A stretch of 64,000 bases of DNA. It comes from Myxococcota bacterium (GTDB lineage Bacteria; Myxococcota_A; UBA796; UBA2385). The notes beneath the pieces are model-generated. The model ran no database searches. It had not been told where the DNA came from and saw only the letters and a list, made by a program, of their open reading frames with translations. Of the stretch, positions 10,906-19,754 are shown piece by piece. The DNA lies in NCBI GenBank assembly GCA_044344255.1, contig JBIJDH010000012.1, positions 96,001 through 160,000 on the forward strand, given 5' to 3'. The position numbers were made by a program, and so were the translations under genes. Position 1 is the first letter of the stretch. Every line of letters starts with the position of its first letter.

Positions 10906-11524
10906 GCGGCTCGGCCTCTCGGGCCACGCGGCGGCGTACGAAGGGCGGCAAGATCACCCCGGGGCGGGCAGCGAGCAGCCGCCAGTCTTCTCGTGTGACC
11001 CGACCGCGGCAGAGCGGGTGACCGCAGAGGCAGTCGAAGGACTCGTCGTAATTCACGACGAAGCTCCCATAGTCGAGGCGGAGCTCCTCGCCGGCGGAGA
11101 TGTCGCGCAGGGGGACGAGGCTGCCATCGGCGTCGTAGCCGACGTTGGGGGCGCAGGCGTGGTTGATGTAATTGTCGAGCGTCGTGACAAACTCTTCGCC
11201 CATCGGCCCGTAGATGACGCCGAAGTCAGCGTCGAGGCCGAAGTGGTAGAAGAGCTCGCGGAGCCGCTCCGGCAGGGCCTCGATGGCCTCGACGGAGAGG
11301 GCATCCCAGCCCACCATGCCGACGTAGTAGGTGTCGTGCCACTGGTGAACCAGCACAGTGCCTGCCGGGATGTCTACCCGAGCGAAGACCCCGCTGTGAG
11401 CCCCCCGCACGGCCCGCCGCTCGGCGATGCTCAGGAAGGCGAGATCGGCCCGACCACGCGCCACAAGGTCGACCCCGGGGAGAGGGATCCACCTCCCGGG
11501 GGCGGCACTTTTTGTGTTTTCCAT
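10892..11524 (-). CDS. SET-domain methyltransferase with post-SET Cys motif
   Basis: GVFARVDIPAGT, YINHACAPN, GEELRLDY, CLCGHPLCRG. Confidence 0.9.
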   Translation of the reverse strand: MENTKSAAPGRWIPLPGVDLVARGRADLAFLSIAERRAVRGAHSGVFARVDIPAGTVLVHQWHDTYYVGMVGWDALSVEAIEALPERLRELFYHFGLDADFGVIYGPMGEEFVTTLDNYINHACAPNVGYDADGSLVPLRDISAGEELRLDYGSFVVNYDESFDCLCGHPLCRGRVTREDWRLLAARPGVILPPFVRRRVAREAEPLSSR

Positions 11525-11610
11525 GAGACCGCGCGACTACCGCGACGGGGGCGAACCGTCAACGCCTCCCCCGCTTGACCACCCAACAACGGAGACGATA
11601 CCTCGGCCAC

Positions 11611-12189
11611 ATGATCCACCCTGACACCGAGCTCAAGCGACGCGGCGACACGATCGGCCTCGGCCTCTTCGCCACCGCGCCGATCCCCAAGGGCACCGTC
11701 ATCTGGATGCGCGACCCGATCGATCAGGTGCGGAGCCCGGCCGAGGTCGCGAAGCTCCCGCCGGCCCTGCGCGCGCTGTACGCCCTCTACTCCTACGTCG
11801 ACATCGACGGGAGCTGGGTCCTCTGCTGGGATCACGGCCGGTACATCAACCACGCCTGCGCCCCCAGCCTCGTCGGGGTGGGCACCGTGATGGAGGTGGC
11901 GCAGGCGGACGTCGCCCCCGGGCAAGAGCTCACCTGCGAGTACAACTTCGAGTGCCTCGTCGTGGGCTTCGCGTGCGCCTGCGGGTCGCCGCAGTGCCGC
12001 AGCCAGCGCGGGCCGGAGTCCGAGGCGGTGACCGCCCTCCGCTGGCGGGAGGCCGCCCTGGCCATCTGGCCGAGCGTGCTCGCCGTCCCGCAGCCGGTGT
12101 TCGAGGCGGTGGGCGAGGCGGGCCCCGCCGCCGCCTGGGTGCAAGCATGGCGGGCCCGCGGCCCCCTCGCGGAGCACCTCGCCTACTGA
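11611..12189 (+). CDS. SET-domain methyltransferase with post-SET Cys motif
   Basis: GLGLFATAPIPKGT, YINHACAPS, GQELTCEY, CACGSPQCR; start taken at ATG 11611 (MIHPDTEL). Confidence 0.9.
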   Translation: MIHPDTELKRRGDTIGLGLFATAPIPKGTVIWMRDPIDQVRSPAEVAKLPPALRALYALYSYVDIDGSWVLCWDHGRYINHACAPSLVGVGTVMEVAQADVAPGQELTCEYNFECLVVGFACACGSPQCRSQRGPESEAVTALRWREAALAIWPSVLAVPQPVFEAVGEAGPAAAWVQAWRARGPLAEHLAY

Positions 12190-14552
12190 GGTGGGCGCGC
12201 CGCGCGGTGGGGCCGGAGGTCGTAGGTCCAGACCTCGCAGTAGCCGGAGGTGCCGTCCCCGTCCGGCGCGGCCGTCCAGTAGCTGCGCCCCAGCCTCTGG
12301 TAGCCGCGCGCCTGGAGGATGGTGAGCATGGCGAGGTGGTCCTCCCAGACCACGCTCAGCTCGGTGTCGAAGCGCTCGGCCAGCCAGGCCGCGAGGAGCG
12401 GCCAGGCGAGGGCCTCCCCGAGGATCCCCCGCCCTTGGAAGGCGGGGTGCAGCCACTCGTCGAGCTGGACGGCGCCCGGCGGGGGCTCGACGCCGACGCC
12501 CACGTTCGGGCAGCGCTGCAGGATCCCCGCGCCCGCGGGGACGCCGTCCACCCGGATCACCACACCCTCCCGGGAGCGACACCAGGCCGCCGCGGCCGCG
12601 TCGTCCATGCGCCCGGGGAGCTCGGTGGCGGCCACGAGCGGGAGGTGGTGGGAGGCCTCGACGACCATGCGGATCACGGCTGAGTCTCGTGCGGCGGGCT
12701 CGCCGAGCGGGGTGAGCGTGATCGATCCCGAGGCGGGCGCGTCGGTGAGCGCGGCGGCGGCGTCACCGTCCAGCCGCGCCGCGAGCTCGCGGAGCGTGGC
12801 GTCCCGCACGAGGCCGAGCGTGACCCGCCCGGGACCGAATTCCTGCTCGACCAGGCCCATCAGCTCGGCGGTGCGGAGCGAGTCACCGCCGATGGCGGAG
12901 AAGCGGTCTCCCCGTGCCAGGTCATCGCGCTGGAGCAGGCGCGCCCAGAGGGCGGCGAGGCGGCGCTCGGTGGGGGTGGCGGGGCGCTCCTCGGGGCGGA
13001 GGGCGCGGCTGTCGGCGCGGGCGAGGCCGAGGAGGCCGACGCGGTCGCGCTTCCCGTTGGGGAGGAGGGGGAGGCGGTCGACCCTGCGCACGCGGCCGGG
13101 GCGCATCACCTCGGGCAGCAGGCGGAGGGCGGCCGCCTGAACCTCAGCCTCGAGCGCGGCCTCGAGCGCGGCGTCGGCCCCTTCGCCGCCGGAGGCGGCC
13201 GTCACGAGGGCGACGAGGCCCTGATCCCCCACCACCGCCGCGAGCTCCGCGACGGTGGGGCAGGCCGGGGTGAGGCAGCGCTCGATCTCCTCGAGGTCGA
13301 CTCGCACCCCGCGGATCTTCACCGCGCTGTCGCTGCGCCCGAGGTACTCGAGCTGCCCGTCGGCCCGCCAACGCACGCGGTCGCCCGTGTGGAAGACCCG
13401 CTCCCCGGCCCGCTCGGGGTGGCGCGGGAAGCGCACCGCCTCCTCCTGGGGGCGGCGGTGGTAGCCCGCGGCGAGCACCGGCCCCCCCACGGCCAAGGCC
13501 CCCTCCTCGCCGGGCCCGACCGGCGCGCCCTCTTCGTCGAGCAGCCAGAGCTCGGCCCCGGCGATGGCCCGCCCGATCGGGGGCGCGCCCACCGGCAGCG
13601 GATCACCCGGGTTGAAGACCGCGGCGGTGACGTCGCCCGTGACCTCGGTGGTGCCGTAGAGGTTGATCAGGGTGGCGGCGGGCAGGGCCTCCCGGAAGGC
13701 GAGGAGCAGGGGCTCGCTCAGCGCCTCACCGCTGGTGATCCAGGTCCGCAGGCGATCGAGGCGGTCTCCAAGCCGCGGCACGCTGCGCAGCATGGCCCCG
13801 AGGATCGAGGGCACCACGGTGAGCCGGCTGACCCGCCGCTGTTCCAGTGCGTGGACGAAGCGCGGAAGGTCGGCCACCTCCTCGCTGGAGAGGATGGCGG
13901 TGGGCACGCCCTGGAGGAGGCCCGAGAAGAGCTCTGGGCCGGCGTCGACGAAGTTCAGCGAGCTCCGGTGGGCCACCACCTCGCCCGCCGCGAAGGGGAA
14001 GGCCGCCCAGCCCCAGGCGAGGCGGTTCATCATCGCCCCCCGGGTGCCGACGACCCCCTTCGGCCGCCCGGTGCTCCCCGAGGTGTAGAGGATGTTGAGG
14101 CGGTCGTCAGGGGCCTCGCGGGCGAGTTCCTCCTCGAGCGCGGCGAGGAGGGCCACGTCGCCCTCGACCTCGGTCAGCGCCAAGTCAGCCGGCGCCAGGA
14201 CCGGGAGGGCGCCGACCCAGGTCGGCCGCGGGCCCTCCCCGACGAGGAGGGCGCGCAGGTCGGCGTCCTCGGCGATGAGCCGCTGGCGCTCCGCAGGGTA
14301 GGCGGGGTCAATCGGGACGTAGGCCGCCCCCGCCCGCAGGGCCCCGATCACGGCCACGACGCTGTCGATGGAGCGCGGCAGGTGGACACCGACGGCGTCG
14401 CCGCGCCGCACCCCCGCCGCGCGGAGGGCCAGGGCGACCGCGCGGGAGCGGCGCTCCAGCCCTCGGTAGTCGAGCTGCCCCTCGGGGCCGACGAGCGCGA
14501 CACGCTCCGGGTGATCGCGGCGGACGCGGTCGAGAAGACGGGAGAGCGGCAT
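12183..14552 (-). CDS. Stand-alone NRPS-like protein: adenylation (beta-alanine-type motifs), PCP and GNAT-fold domains
   Basis: YTSGSTGRPKG, NLYGTTE, FHTGD, KIRGVRVD, LLPNGKRD; PCP GGDSL; C-terminal WLHPAFQGRG GNAT motif A. No C or TE domain. Confidence 0.9.
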   Translation of the reverse strand: MPLSRLLDRVRRDHPERVALVGPEGQLDYRGLERRSRAVALALRAAGVRRGDAVGVHLPRSIDSVVAVIGALRAGAAYVPIDPAYPAERQRLIAEDADLRALLVGEGPRPTWVGALPVLAPADLALTEVEGDVALLAALEEELAREAPDDRLNILYTSGSTGRPKGVVGTRGAMMNRLAWGWAAFPFAAGEVVAHRSSLNFVDAGPELFSGLLQGVPTAILSSEEVADLPRFVHALEQRRVSRLTVVPSILGAMLRSVPRLGDRLDRLRTWITSGEALSEPLLLAFREALPAATLINLYGTTEVTGDVTAAVFNPGDPLPVGAPPIGRAIAGAELWLLDEEGAPVGPGEEGALAVGGPVLAAGYHRRPQEEAVRFPRHPERAGERVFHTGDRVRWRADGQLEYLGRSDSAVKIRGVRVDLEEIERCLTPACPTVAELAAVVGDQGLVALVTAASGGEGADAALEAALEAEVQAAALRLLPEVMRPGRVRRVDRLPLLPNGKRDRVGLLGLARADSRALRPEERPATPTERRLAALWARLLQRDDLARGDRFSAIGGDSLRTAELMGLVEQEFGPGRVTLGLVRDATLRELAARLDGDAAAALTDAPASGSITLTPLGEPAARDSAVIRMVVEASHHLPLVAATELPGRMDDAAAAAWCRSREGVVIRVDGVPAGAGILQRCPNVGVGVEPPPGAVQLDEWLHPAFQGRGILGEALAWPLLAAWLAERFDTELSVVWEDHLAMLTILQARGYQRLGRSYWTAAPDGDGTSGYCEVWTYDLRPHRAARPPQ

Positions 14553-14641
14553 GGAGGTCCCACCGGGGCGCCGGCGGTGGAGGCCCGCGCCGCCCGCCGA
14601 CTATCCAGGGGGGGCGCGCGGCGCGGAGATCGGGAGATCAC

Positions 14642-14681
14642 TTGACCCACCTATTATTCTATTATAGTAGAACACTATAAC
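14642..14681 (+). promoter_or_regulatory. AT-rich promoter/operator of the GntR(YtrA) ABC operon
   Basis: TTGACC at 14642, near-palindrome TTCTATTATAGTAGAA at 14657-14672 in otherwise GC-rich DNA, GGAGG RBS before ATG 14700. Confidence 0.65.
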
Positions 14682-14699
14682 GACAGAACTGGAGGCCTC

Positions 14700-15956
14700 A
14701 TGCTCCCCTCGCCCGCCTCGCCACCCCCCGGCGCCTCGCTCCAGGCCGGGCTGCGCGCCGCCTTCGCTCGGGAGTGGGTCGCCCGGAGGGTCCCGATCGG
14801 GTGTGCCATCGCGGCGCTGGTGCCCCTGCTGCTGCTCCGCGACGGCACCCGGGAGGCCTGGGCCCTCTTCGAGCTGCTCCTCCTCACGCCCCTGCTCGCC
14901 TTCGGCCTCGGCGCCGCCGGAGACCCGCGGGCCGATCGGGGCTGGGCGTCTTTCGGCGGCGGGCCGCGGGATCGGCTCCTCGGGCGGCTGTTGGTGCAGG
15001 GCGGCCTGATCGGGCTCTCCGTCCTCTGCCCTTGGTGGGTGATCAGCGAGCCCGGGAACAGCGTCGCCGACCTCTTCGAAGGGTCACCCCTCTCCGCGCT
15101 CCTCCTCCTCGTGGTCCTCGGGACCACGGCGCTGATCTACCTCTCCGCGGCCTTGAGCCGCCGGCACCTCGGCGGCATCGGCCCCCTCGCCGGGCCCCTG
15201 GCCCTGGGCGTGCTGGTGATCGGAGGGGGGGTGATCGACTGGGAGACGGGCGGCTGGAGCGTGATCGAGGGCGTCGCCCTGCGGGTCACCCTGCTCGTGC
15301 CGGGCTGCCTCGTCGCGCTGCTCCACCGCGAGGGGCGGCTGCCGCGGCCCCGAGACTTCAACCTCGCCTTCGCCGGAGCCGTGGTGCTCAGCGGCCTCAG
15401 CCTGATCCCCGGCGCGGCCTGGTCGGGCCGCCCCCTCTTCCTGCCCCCCGTGCCGGTCGACCTCGACGAGGCCACGGGGCGCGCCTTGTGGGTCGCGCAA
15501 GACGCCCGGATCTTCGGCGGTCGCCGCGCCCTCTTGTGGCAGGATGGTGAGTGGAGCGTGGTGGGGCCAGCGGGCGCCAACGCGGAGGCGGCGCTCGGTC
15601 CACAGGGCAGCCGGGCCTTCCTCGTCTGGCCGGGGTCGGACCACAGCGGCGCCGGGGAGCTGGTCCTCGAGAGCGCCGACGGCCGCTCCACCCGCTGCCC
15701 CTTCGAGCGACTCGCCCTGCGCGGCGTCTGGGGCTTCTCCGCGGCCGGCGCGGCGGGCATCCGCACGGGCGATCCCCAGGCCCCGGCCGCCCTCCTCGCC
15801 ACCCCCGCCGGTACCTGCGAGCGGGCGGTCGCCCTCGACTGCGCCTCGGCCGGCCTCGAGCCCTCCACCTGCGGCCTCGGCCCCTTTGACCCCATCCGCG
15901 CGCGAGCCCTGCTCGCGACCGCCGGGCCCACCACCCTGCTCGGGCCCGAACGATGA
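14700..15956 (+). CDS. Multi-pass membrane protein, probable ABC permease with extracytoplasmic C-terminal domain
   Basis: About 6-7 hydrophobic segments; first gene of an ATGA-coupled operon with GntR and an ABC ATPase. Confidence 0.6.
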   Translation: MLPSPASPPPGASLQAGLRAAFAREWVARRVPIGCAIAALVPLLLLRDGTREAWALFELLLLTPLLAFGLGAAGDPRADRGWASFGGGPRDRLLGRLLVQGGLIGLSVLCPWWVISEPGNSVADLFEGSPLSALLLLVVLGTTALIYLSAALSRRHLGGIGPLAGPLALGVLVIGGGVIDWETGGWSVIEGVALRVTLLVPGCLVALLHREGRLPRPRDFNLAFAGAVVLSGLSLIPGAAWSGRPLFLPPVPVDLDEATGRALWVAQDARIFGGRRALLWQDGEWSVVGPAGANAEAALGPQGSRAFLVWPGSDHSGAGELVLESADGRSTRCPFERLALRGVWGFSAAGAAGIRTGDPQAPAALLATPAGTCERAVALDCASAGLEPSTCGLGPFDPIRARALLATAGPTTLLGPER

Positions 15957-16378
15957 GCCTGCGCCTCCCCATCGACCCCGGCTCCGCCACGCCGCTCTAT
16001 CGCCAGCTCACCGATGGGCTCCGCGCCGCCATCGCCGCCGGCCAGCTCGCCCCGGGCGAGGCGCTGCCCAACATCCGCGAGCTCGCCGCCCTGCTGCGCG
16101 TGAACTACCACACCGTCGCCCGGGCCTGTCAGGAGCTCGAGGACTCCGGCCTGCTGAGCCGAAAGCGCGGCGGCCCCTTCTGCGTGGCCGAGGGCGCGCA
16201 GCCGGACGCCGGCGAGCAGGCCCTCCGGGACAACCTCCGCGCGCTGGCACGAGAGGCCCTCTCCCGCGGCCTCCCGCCCGAGCGTGTCCAGGCCTGGTGG
16301 GCCGAGGCCCTCGCCGAGGCCGCAGCCCTGACGCCCCAGGCCCTCCCCTCCCCCGCCGCCCCCTCGGAGAAGCCATGA
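15953..16378 (+). CDS. GntR family regulator, YtrA subfamily
   Basis: PLYRQL…IAAGQLAPGEALPNIRELA…VNYHTVARA; short C-terminus; next to an ABC ATPase. Confidence 0.9.
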   Translation: MSLRLPIDPGSATPLYRQLTDGLRAAIAAGQLAPGEALPNIRELAALLRVNYHTVARACQELEDSGLLSRKRGGPFCVAEGAQPDAGEQALRDNLRALAREALSRGLPPERVQAWWAEALAEAAALTPQALPSPAAPSEKP

Positions 16379-17076
16379 GCACCCTCCCCGCAGAGAACAC
16401 TCTCATCGCAGAGGACACTCTCATCGCAGAGGATATTGTCGTGGACGGCATCCTCACCGGGATCAACCTCCGGCTCCAGGCCGGCGACTGCCTCGCGGTG
16501 GTGGGAGAGAACGGCGCCGGGAAGTCGACCCTCCTCGCCGTGCTGGCTGGCGCCCTCCTCCCCGACCGGGGCCGCGTGACCCGCCCCGCCACCTTCGCCT
16601 GGATGGCCGAGGGCAGCCCGCTCGACGCCGGCGTCAAGGGCCGCGACTGGCTCCGCCTGCACGAACGCCAGCCCGACTGGGACCCCGCCCTCGCCGAGAC
16701 CCTCCGCGCCGCCCTCCCGGTGCCGCTCGACCGCCCCGCCGAGGCCCTCTCCCTCGGCCAGCGCACCCGCCTGGGCCTCCTGCTCACCCTCCCGCACCGC
16801 GCGCCGCTGCACATCCTCGACGACCCCTTCCTCGGCCTCGACCCCGCGGCCCGCGCCGAGGCCCAGACCCTCCTCGCCCGCGTCGCCGATGCCTCCCGGG
16901 CCGTCGTCTTCGCCACCGCAGACCTCGGCAGCGCCGCCCGCCTCACCACCCACCTCGGCCTGCTCCGCGCGGGCCGGCCCCTCGAGGTCGCCCCCATCGA
17001 CGTGTGGGAGCAGCGCGCGGAGGCCGCCGGGCAGCGCCTGGAGGCCTACGTCGAGGCGCGGCTCGGCGGCGGCTGA
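16375..17076 (+). CDS. ABC transporter ATP-binding protein (degenerate Walker B and H-loop)
   Basis: GENGAGKS, LSLGQ, ILDDP; ATG 16375 overlaps the GntR stop (ATGA). Confidence 0.85.
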   Translation: MSTLPAENTLIAEDTLIAEDIVVDGILTGINLRLQAGDCLAVVGENGAGKSTLLAVLAGALLPDRGRVTRPATFAWMAEGSPLDAGVKGRDWLRLHERQPDWDPALAETLRAALPVPLDRPAEALSLGQRTRLGLLLTLPHRAPLHILDDPFLGLDPAARAEAQTLLARVADASRAVVFATADLGSAARLTTHLGLLRAGRPLEVAPIDVWEQRAEAAGQRLEAYVEARLGGG

Positions 17077-17089
17077 GCGGCAGGCCGAC

Positions 17090-17377
17090 TCAGCTTCGAA
17101 CGGGCGCGATGTGCCGTCGCTGGTCCGTCACCTGCAGCACCCACAGGTCTCCACCCCGACGCTCGTAGTACACTCGCATCGGTGGCACGGGCCAGCTACG
17201 CACCCATCGCCCATCCAACAGCTGATCCTCCGGCCCGTCCAGGTCGACCTCGCTCAGCCGCTCGACCGCCTCGAACACGAGCCCGATCATCCTCCCCGCA
17301 GCCGCAGGGCTCCTCGTCGCCAACCAGTCAACGGCCAGCTCGATGTCGCCCAGCGCCTCGTCCGTCCAACGAATCAT
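17090..17377 (-). CDS. Type II toxin, RelE/ParE family
   Basis: IRWTDEALGDI…AAAGRMI…AVERL…G…R…VYY…VLQV pattern, 95 aa. Confidence 0.8.
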   Translation of the reverse strand: MIRWTDEALGDIELAVDWLATRSPAAAGRMIGLVFEAVERLSEVDLDGPEDQLLDGRWVRSWPVPPMRVYYERRGGDLWVLQVTDQRRHIAPVRS

Positions 17378-17589
17378 CGGCCGGCGATTCGAGCCTTCAA
17401 CCGCGCCACGACGACCTCGTGCGGGTGCCCCTGGCCCTGATCTACCGCGTCGAGCGCACGACTCAGCCGCGCGTCCTGCTCCGGGCTGAGCGGAGGTGCG
17501 TCATCCACGGGCTGAAGCACATACCGCCCGGGCGGCAGGTGGCGGAGGGTCTCGGGGAGGTCGGCGCCGTTCCAGTGGAGGATGTCCAT
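17374..17589 (-). CDS. Putative cognate antitoxin
   Basis: 71 aa, immediately upstream of the toxin with a 4-nt overlap; C-terminus LSPEQDARLSRALDAVDQG…HEVV resembles addiction-module antitoxins. Confidence 0.65.
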   Translation of the reverse strand: MDILHWNGADLPETLRHLPPGRYVLQPVDDAPPLSPEQDARLSRALDAVDQGQGHPHEVVVARLKARIAGR

Positions 17590-17611
17590 ACCCAAGCTTA
17601 CCGCCCGCGCG

Positions 17612-18457
17612 TCAGGGTGTCGCCCTTGGCAGCCTATCCCATTCACCCCCCTCGAAGTCCACGAGCGCGGCGGCCAGGGCGCGGGCGAAGGCGTGGGTGG
17701 TGGCCGCCTCCTGCCAGCGCTGCACCTCGTCCGTGTCGTGCGCCTCATGGGTCTCGATGATGATCGAGGGCACCGGAGGCCGCCGGAGCAGGCGGATGCG
17801 CTGGGGGAGGGCGTGCCGGTCGACGAACATGCCGGGCGTCTCGGCGTCGGCCTCGTACAGGCCTGGATAATCGAGGCCGGGGTAGGGCAGGAAGCCCGCC
17901 TCGGTGAGGCGGCGGGCCACGGCGCGGGCGAGGCGGGAGCGGGGCTCCACCCGCGCGGCCTCCCCCTCGTCGGACCAGAGGACCGCGAAGCCGGCGGCGC
18001 CCTCAGTGCGCCAGGTGCCGGCGGCGGCGTCGATCCAGGTCTGTCCGCTCCCGGCGCGGGCGTCGGAGTGGAGGGACACGAGCAGGTCGGCATGAGCGGA
18101 GCGGCTCAGGCGCGCGTCGTAGGAGACGAGGGCGGCGTCGGGGCGGGTGCGCTCGACCTGGAGCCCCTCGAGCGCCCACTCCGCCACCACCGCGTCGGCG
18201 ACCCGGCGCATCACGTCCTGCTCGGACTCGCCCTTGGCGTTCGTGTTACCGGAGTTTCCCTCGGCCCCGTGGCCGGCGTCGAGGAGGACGCGGCTCCGCG
18301 GCCGCGCGGGGTCGAGCGCGCGCAGGGCGCCGGCGGCGGGCCAGGCCGGAGGAGCGGTGGGGGCCGGCGGCGCCTCGACGACCTCGGCGACCTCGGCCAC
18401 GGCGGAGCGGCGGGCCAGGGCGGCGTCGTTCTCACAGGACAGCAGAGACCACCACAT
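17612..18457 (-). CDS. N-acetylmuramoyl-L-alanine amidase (Amidase_3)
   Basis: LLDAGHG, ESEQD, VSLHSD, IIETH; ATG 18457 with GAGG upstream. Confidence 0.85.
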   Translation of the reverse strand: MWWSLLSCENDAALARRSAVAEVAEVVEAPPAPTAPPAWPAAGALRALDPARPRSRVLLDAGHGAEGNSGNTNAKGESEQDVMRRVADAVVAEWALEGLQVERTRPDAALVSYDARLSRSAHADLLVSLHSDARAGSGQTWIDAAAGTWRTEGAAGFAVLWSDEGEAARVEPRSRLARAVARRLTEAGFLPYPGLDYPGLYEADAETPGMFVDRHALPQRIRLLRRPPVPSIIIETHEAHDTDEVQRWQEAATTHAFARALAAALVDFEGGEWDRLPRATP

Positions 18458-18593
18458 CCGCACCTCGACCGCGACGCGGGGGACGGTGGGGCGGGAGGGC
18501 GCTTCGCCGCGGCGTGGGCCATGACACCGGCTAACTGCCCAGGCCGGCGGGGAGCGCCTCGGCGGAGCCCCGCACCCGAGATAGCTCCGCCCC

Positions 18594-18935
18594 ATGCACG
18601 AGCTCGGCATCGCGACGGACCTCCTGCTGATGGTCGAAGAGCAAGCGGCGAGCTCGGCGATGGCCAAGGTCGCGCGGGTCTGCGTCGAGCTCGGCGTCCT
18701 GGCGCCGATCGACCTCGAGGCCCTCGACCTCGCCTTCGAGGTGGCCCGCGCAGGCGGGGCCGCCGGTGGAGCCGAGCTCGTGGTCACCCGGGTCCTGGCC
18801 GAGGCCACCTGCCGAGACTGCGGCAACATCGGCGCGGTCGAAGACGCCCTCGCCCTCTGCCCGGCCTGCGGCGGCCCCCGCCTCACCCTCCGAGGTGGTA
18901 GGGGTCTCCAGCTGATCGCCATCGAGGGCACCTGA
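18594..18935 (+). CDS. hypA: Hydrogenase nickel metallochaperone HypA
   Basis: MHELGIA, CRDC, CPACG. Confidence 0.95.
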   Translation: MHELGIATDLLLMVEEQAASSAMAKVARVCVELGVLAPIDLEALDLAFEVARAGGAAGGAELVVTRVLAEATCRDCGNIGAVEDALALCPACGGPRLTLRGGRGLQLIAIEGT

Positions 18936-19754
18936 ATGTGTACGACCTGCGGCTGCGGAGGCGGGGAGGCGGTCGTCGAGGGCGCCCGGGCGGCACCCCG
19001 GCACGACCACGGGCACGACCACGACCACGCGTCGGGGCACGACCACGACCATGGGTCGGGGCACGACCACGACCATGGGTCGGGTCACGACCACAGCCAC
19101 GAGCACACCCACGCCGCTCGGCTCGTGCGGGTCGAGCGGGACCTGCTGGCGCACAACGCGAGCGTCGCTTCGGCGAACCGCGCGGCCTTCCAGCACGACC
19201 GCACGCTCGCCCTCAACCTGATGTCGAGCCCCGGCGCCGGGAAGACGACGCTGCTCGTGGCGACGCTCGGCCGGCTCCGGGACACCTCCGTGGGGGTCAT
19301 CGAGGGAGACCAGGCCACCTCGCTCGACGCCGACCGCATCCGCGCCGCGGGCGCGCCGGCCGTCCAGGTGAACACCGGCGCCGGCTGCCACCTCGACGCC
19401 GGGATGATCGCCCGCGCCCGCGGTCGCCTCCCCGCGCTCACCGACGGGGTGCTCTTCATCGAGAACGTGGGCAACCTCGTCTGTCCCGCGGCCTTTGACC
19501 TCGGCGAGGCGCGCCGCGTCGTCATCGTGTCGGTCACCGAGGGGGAGGACAAGCCGCTCAAGTACCCGGCCATGTTCGCCTCGGCAGACCTCGTGCTCAT
19601 CACGAAGGTCGACCTCCTGCCCCACCTCGACCTCGACCTGCCGCTGCTGGTCCGGAACCTCGACCGGGTCTCCCCTGGCCTGCGGCACCTCCTCGTCTCG
19701 GCCCGCACGGGTGAGGGGCTCGACGCCTGGTGCGCGTGGATCCGCGACCGCTGA
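18936..19754 (+). CDS. hypB: Hydrogenase nickel incorporation GTPase HypB
   Basis: MCTTCGC, His-rich tract, [38 protein letters not shown]. Confidence 0.97.
   Translation: MCTTCGCGGGEAVVEGARAAPRHDHGHDHDHASGHDHDHGSGHDHDHGSGHDHSHEHTHAARLVRVERDLLAHNASVASANRAAFQHDRTLALNLMSSPGAGKTTLLVATLGRLRDTSVGVIEGDQATSLDADRIRAAGAPAVQVNTGAGCHLDAGMIARARGRLPALTDGVLFIENVGNLVCPAAFDLGEARRVVIVSVTEGEDKPLKYPAMFASADLVLITKVDLLPHLDLDLPLLVRNLDRVSPGLRHLLVSARTGEGLDAWCAWIRDR
19001..19110 (+). repeat. 24-bp coding tandem repeat giving the His/Asp-rich tract of HypB
   Basis: GTCGGGGCACGACCACGACCATGG units at 19031 and 19055, with degenerate flanking copies. Confidence 0.8.
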
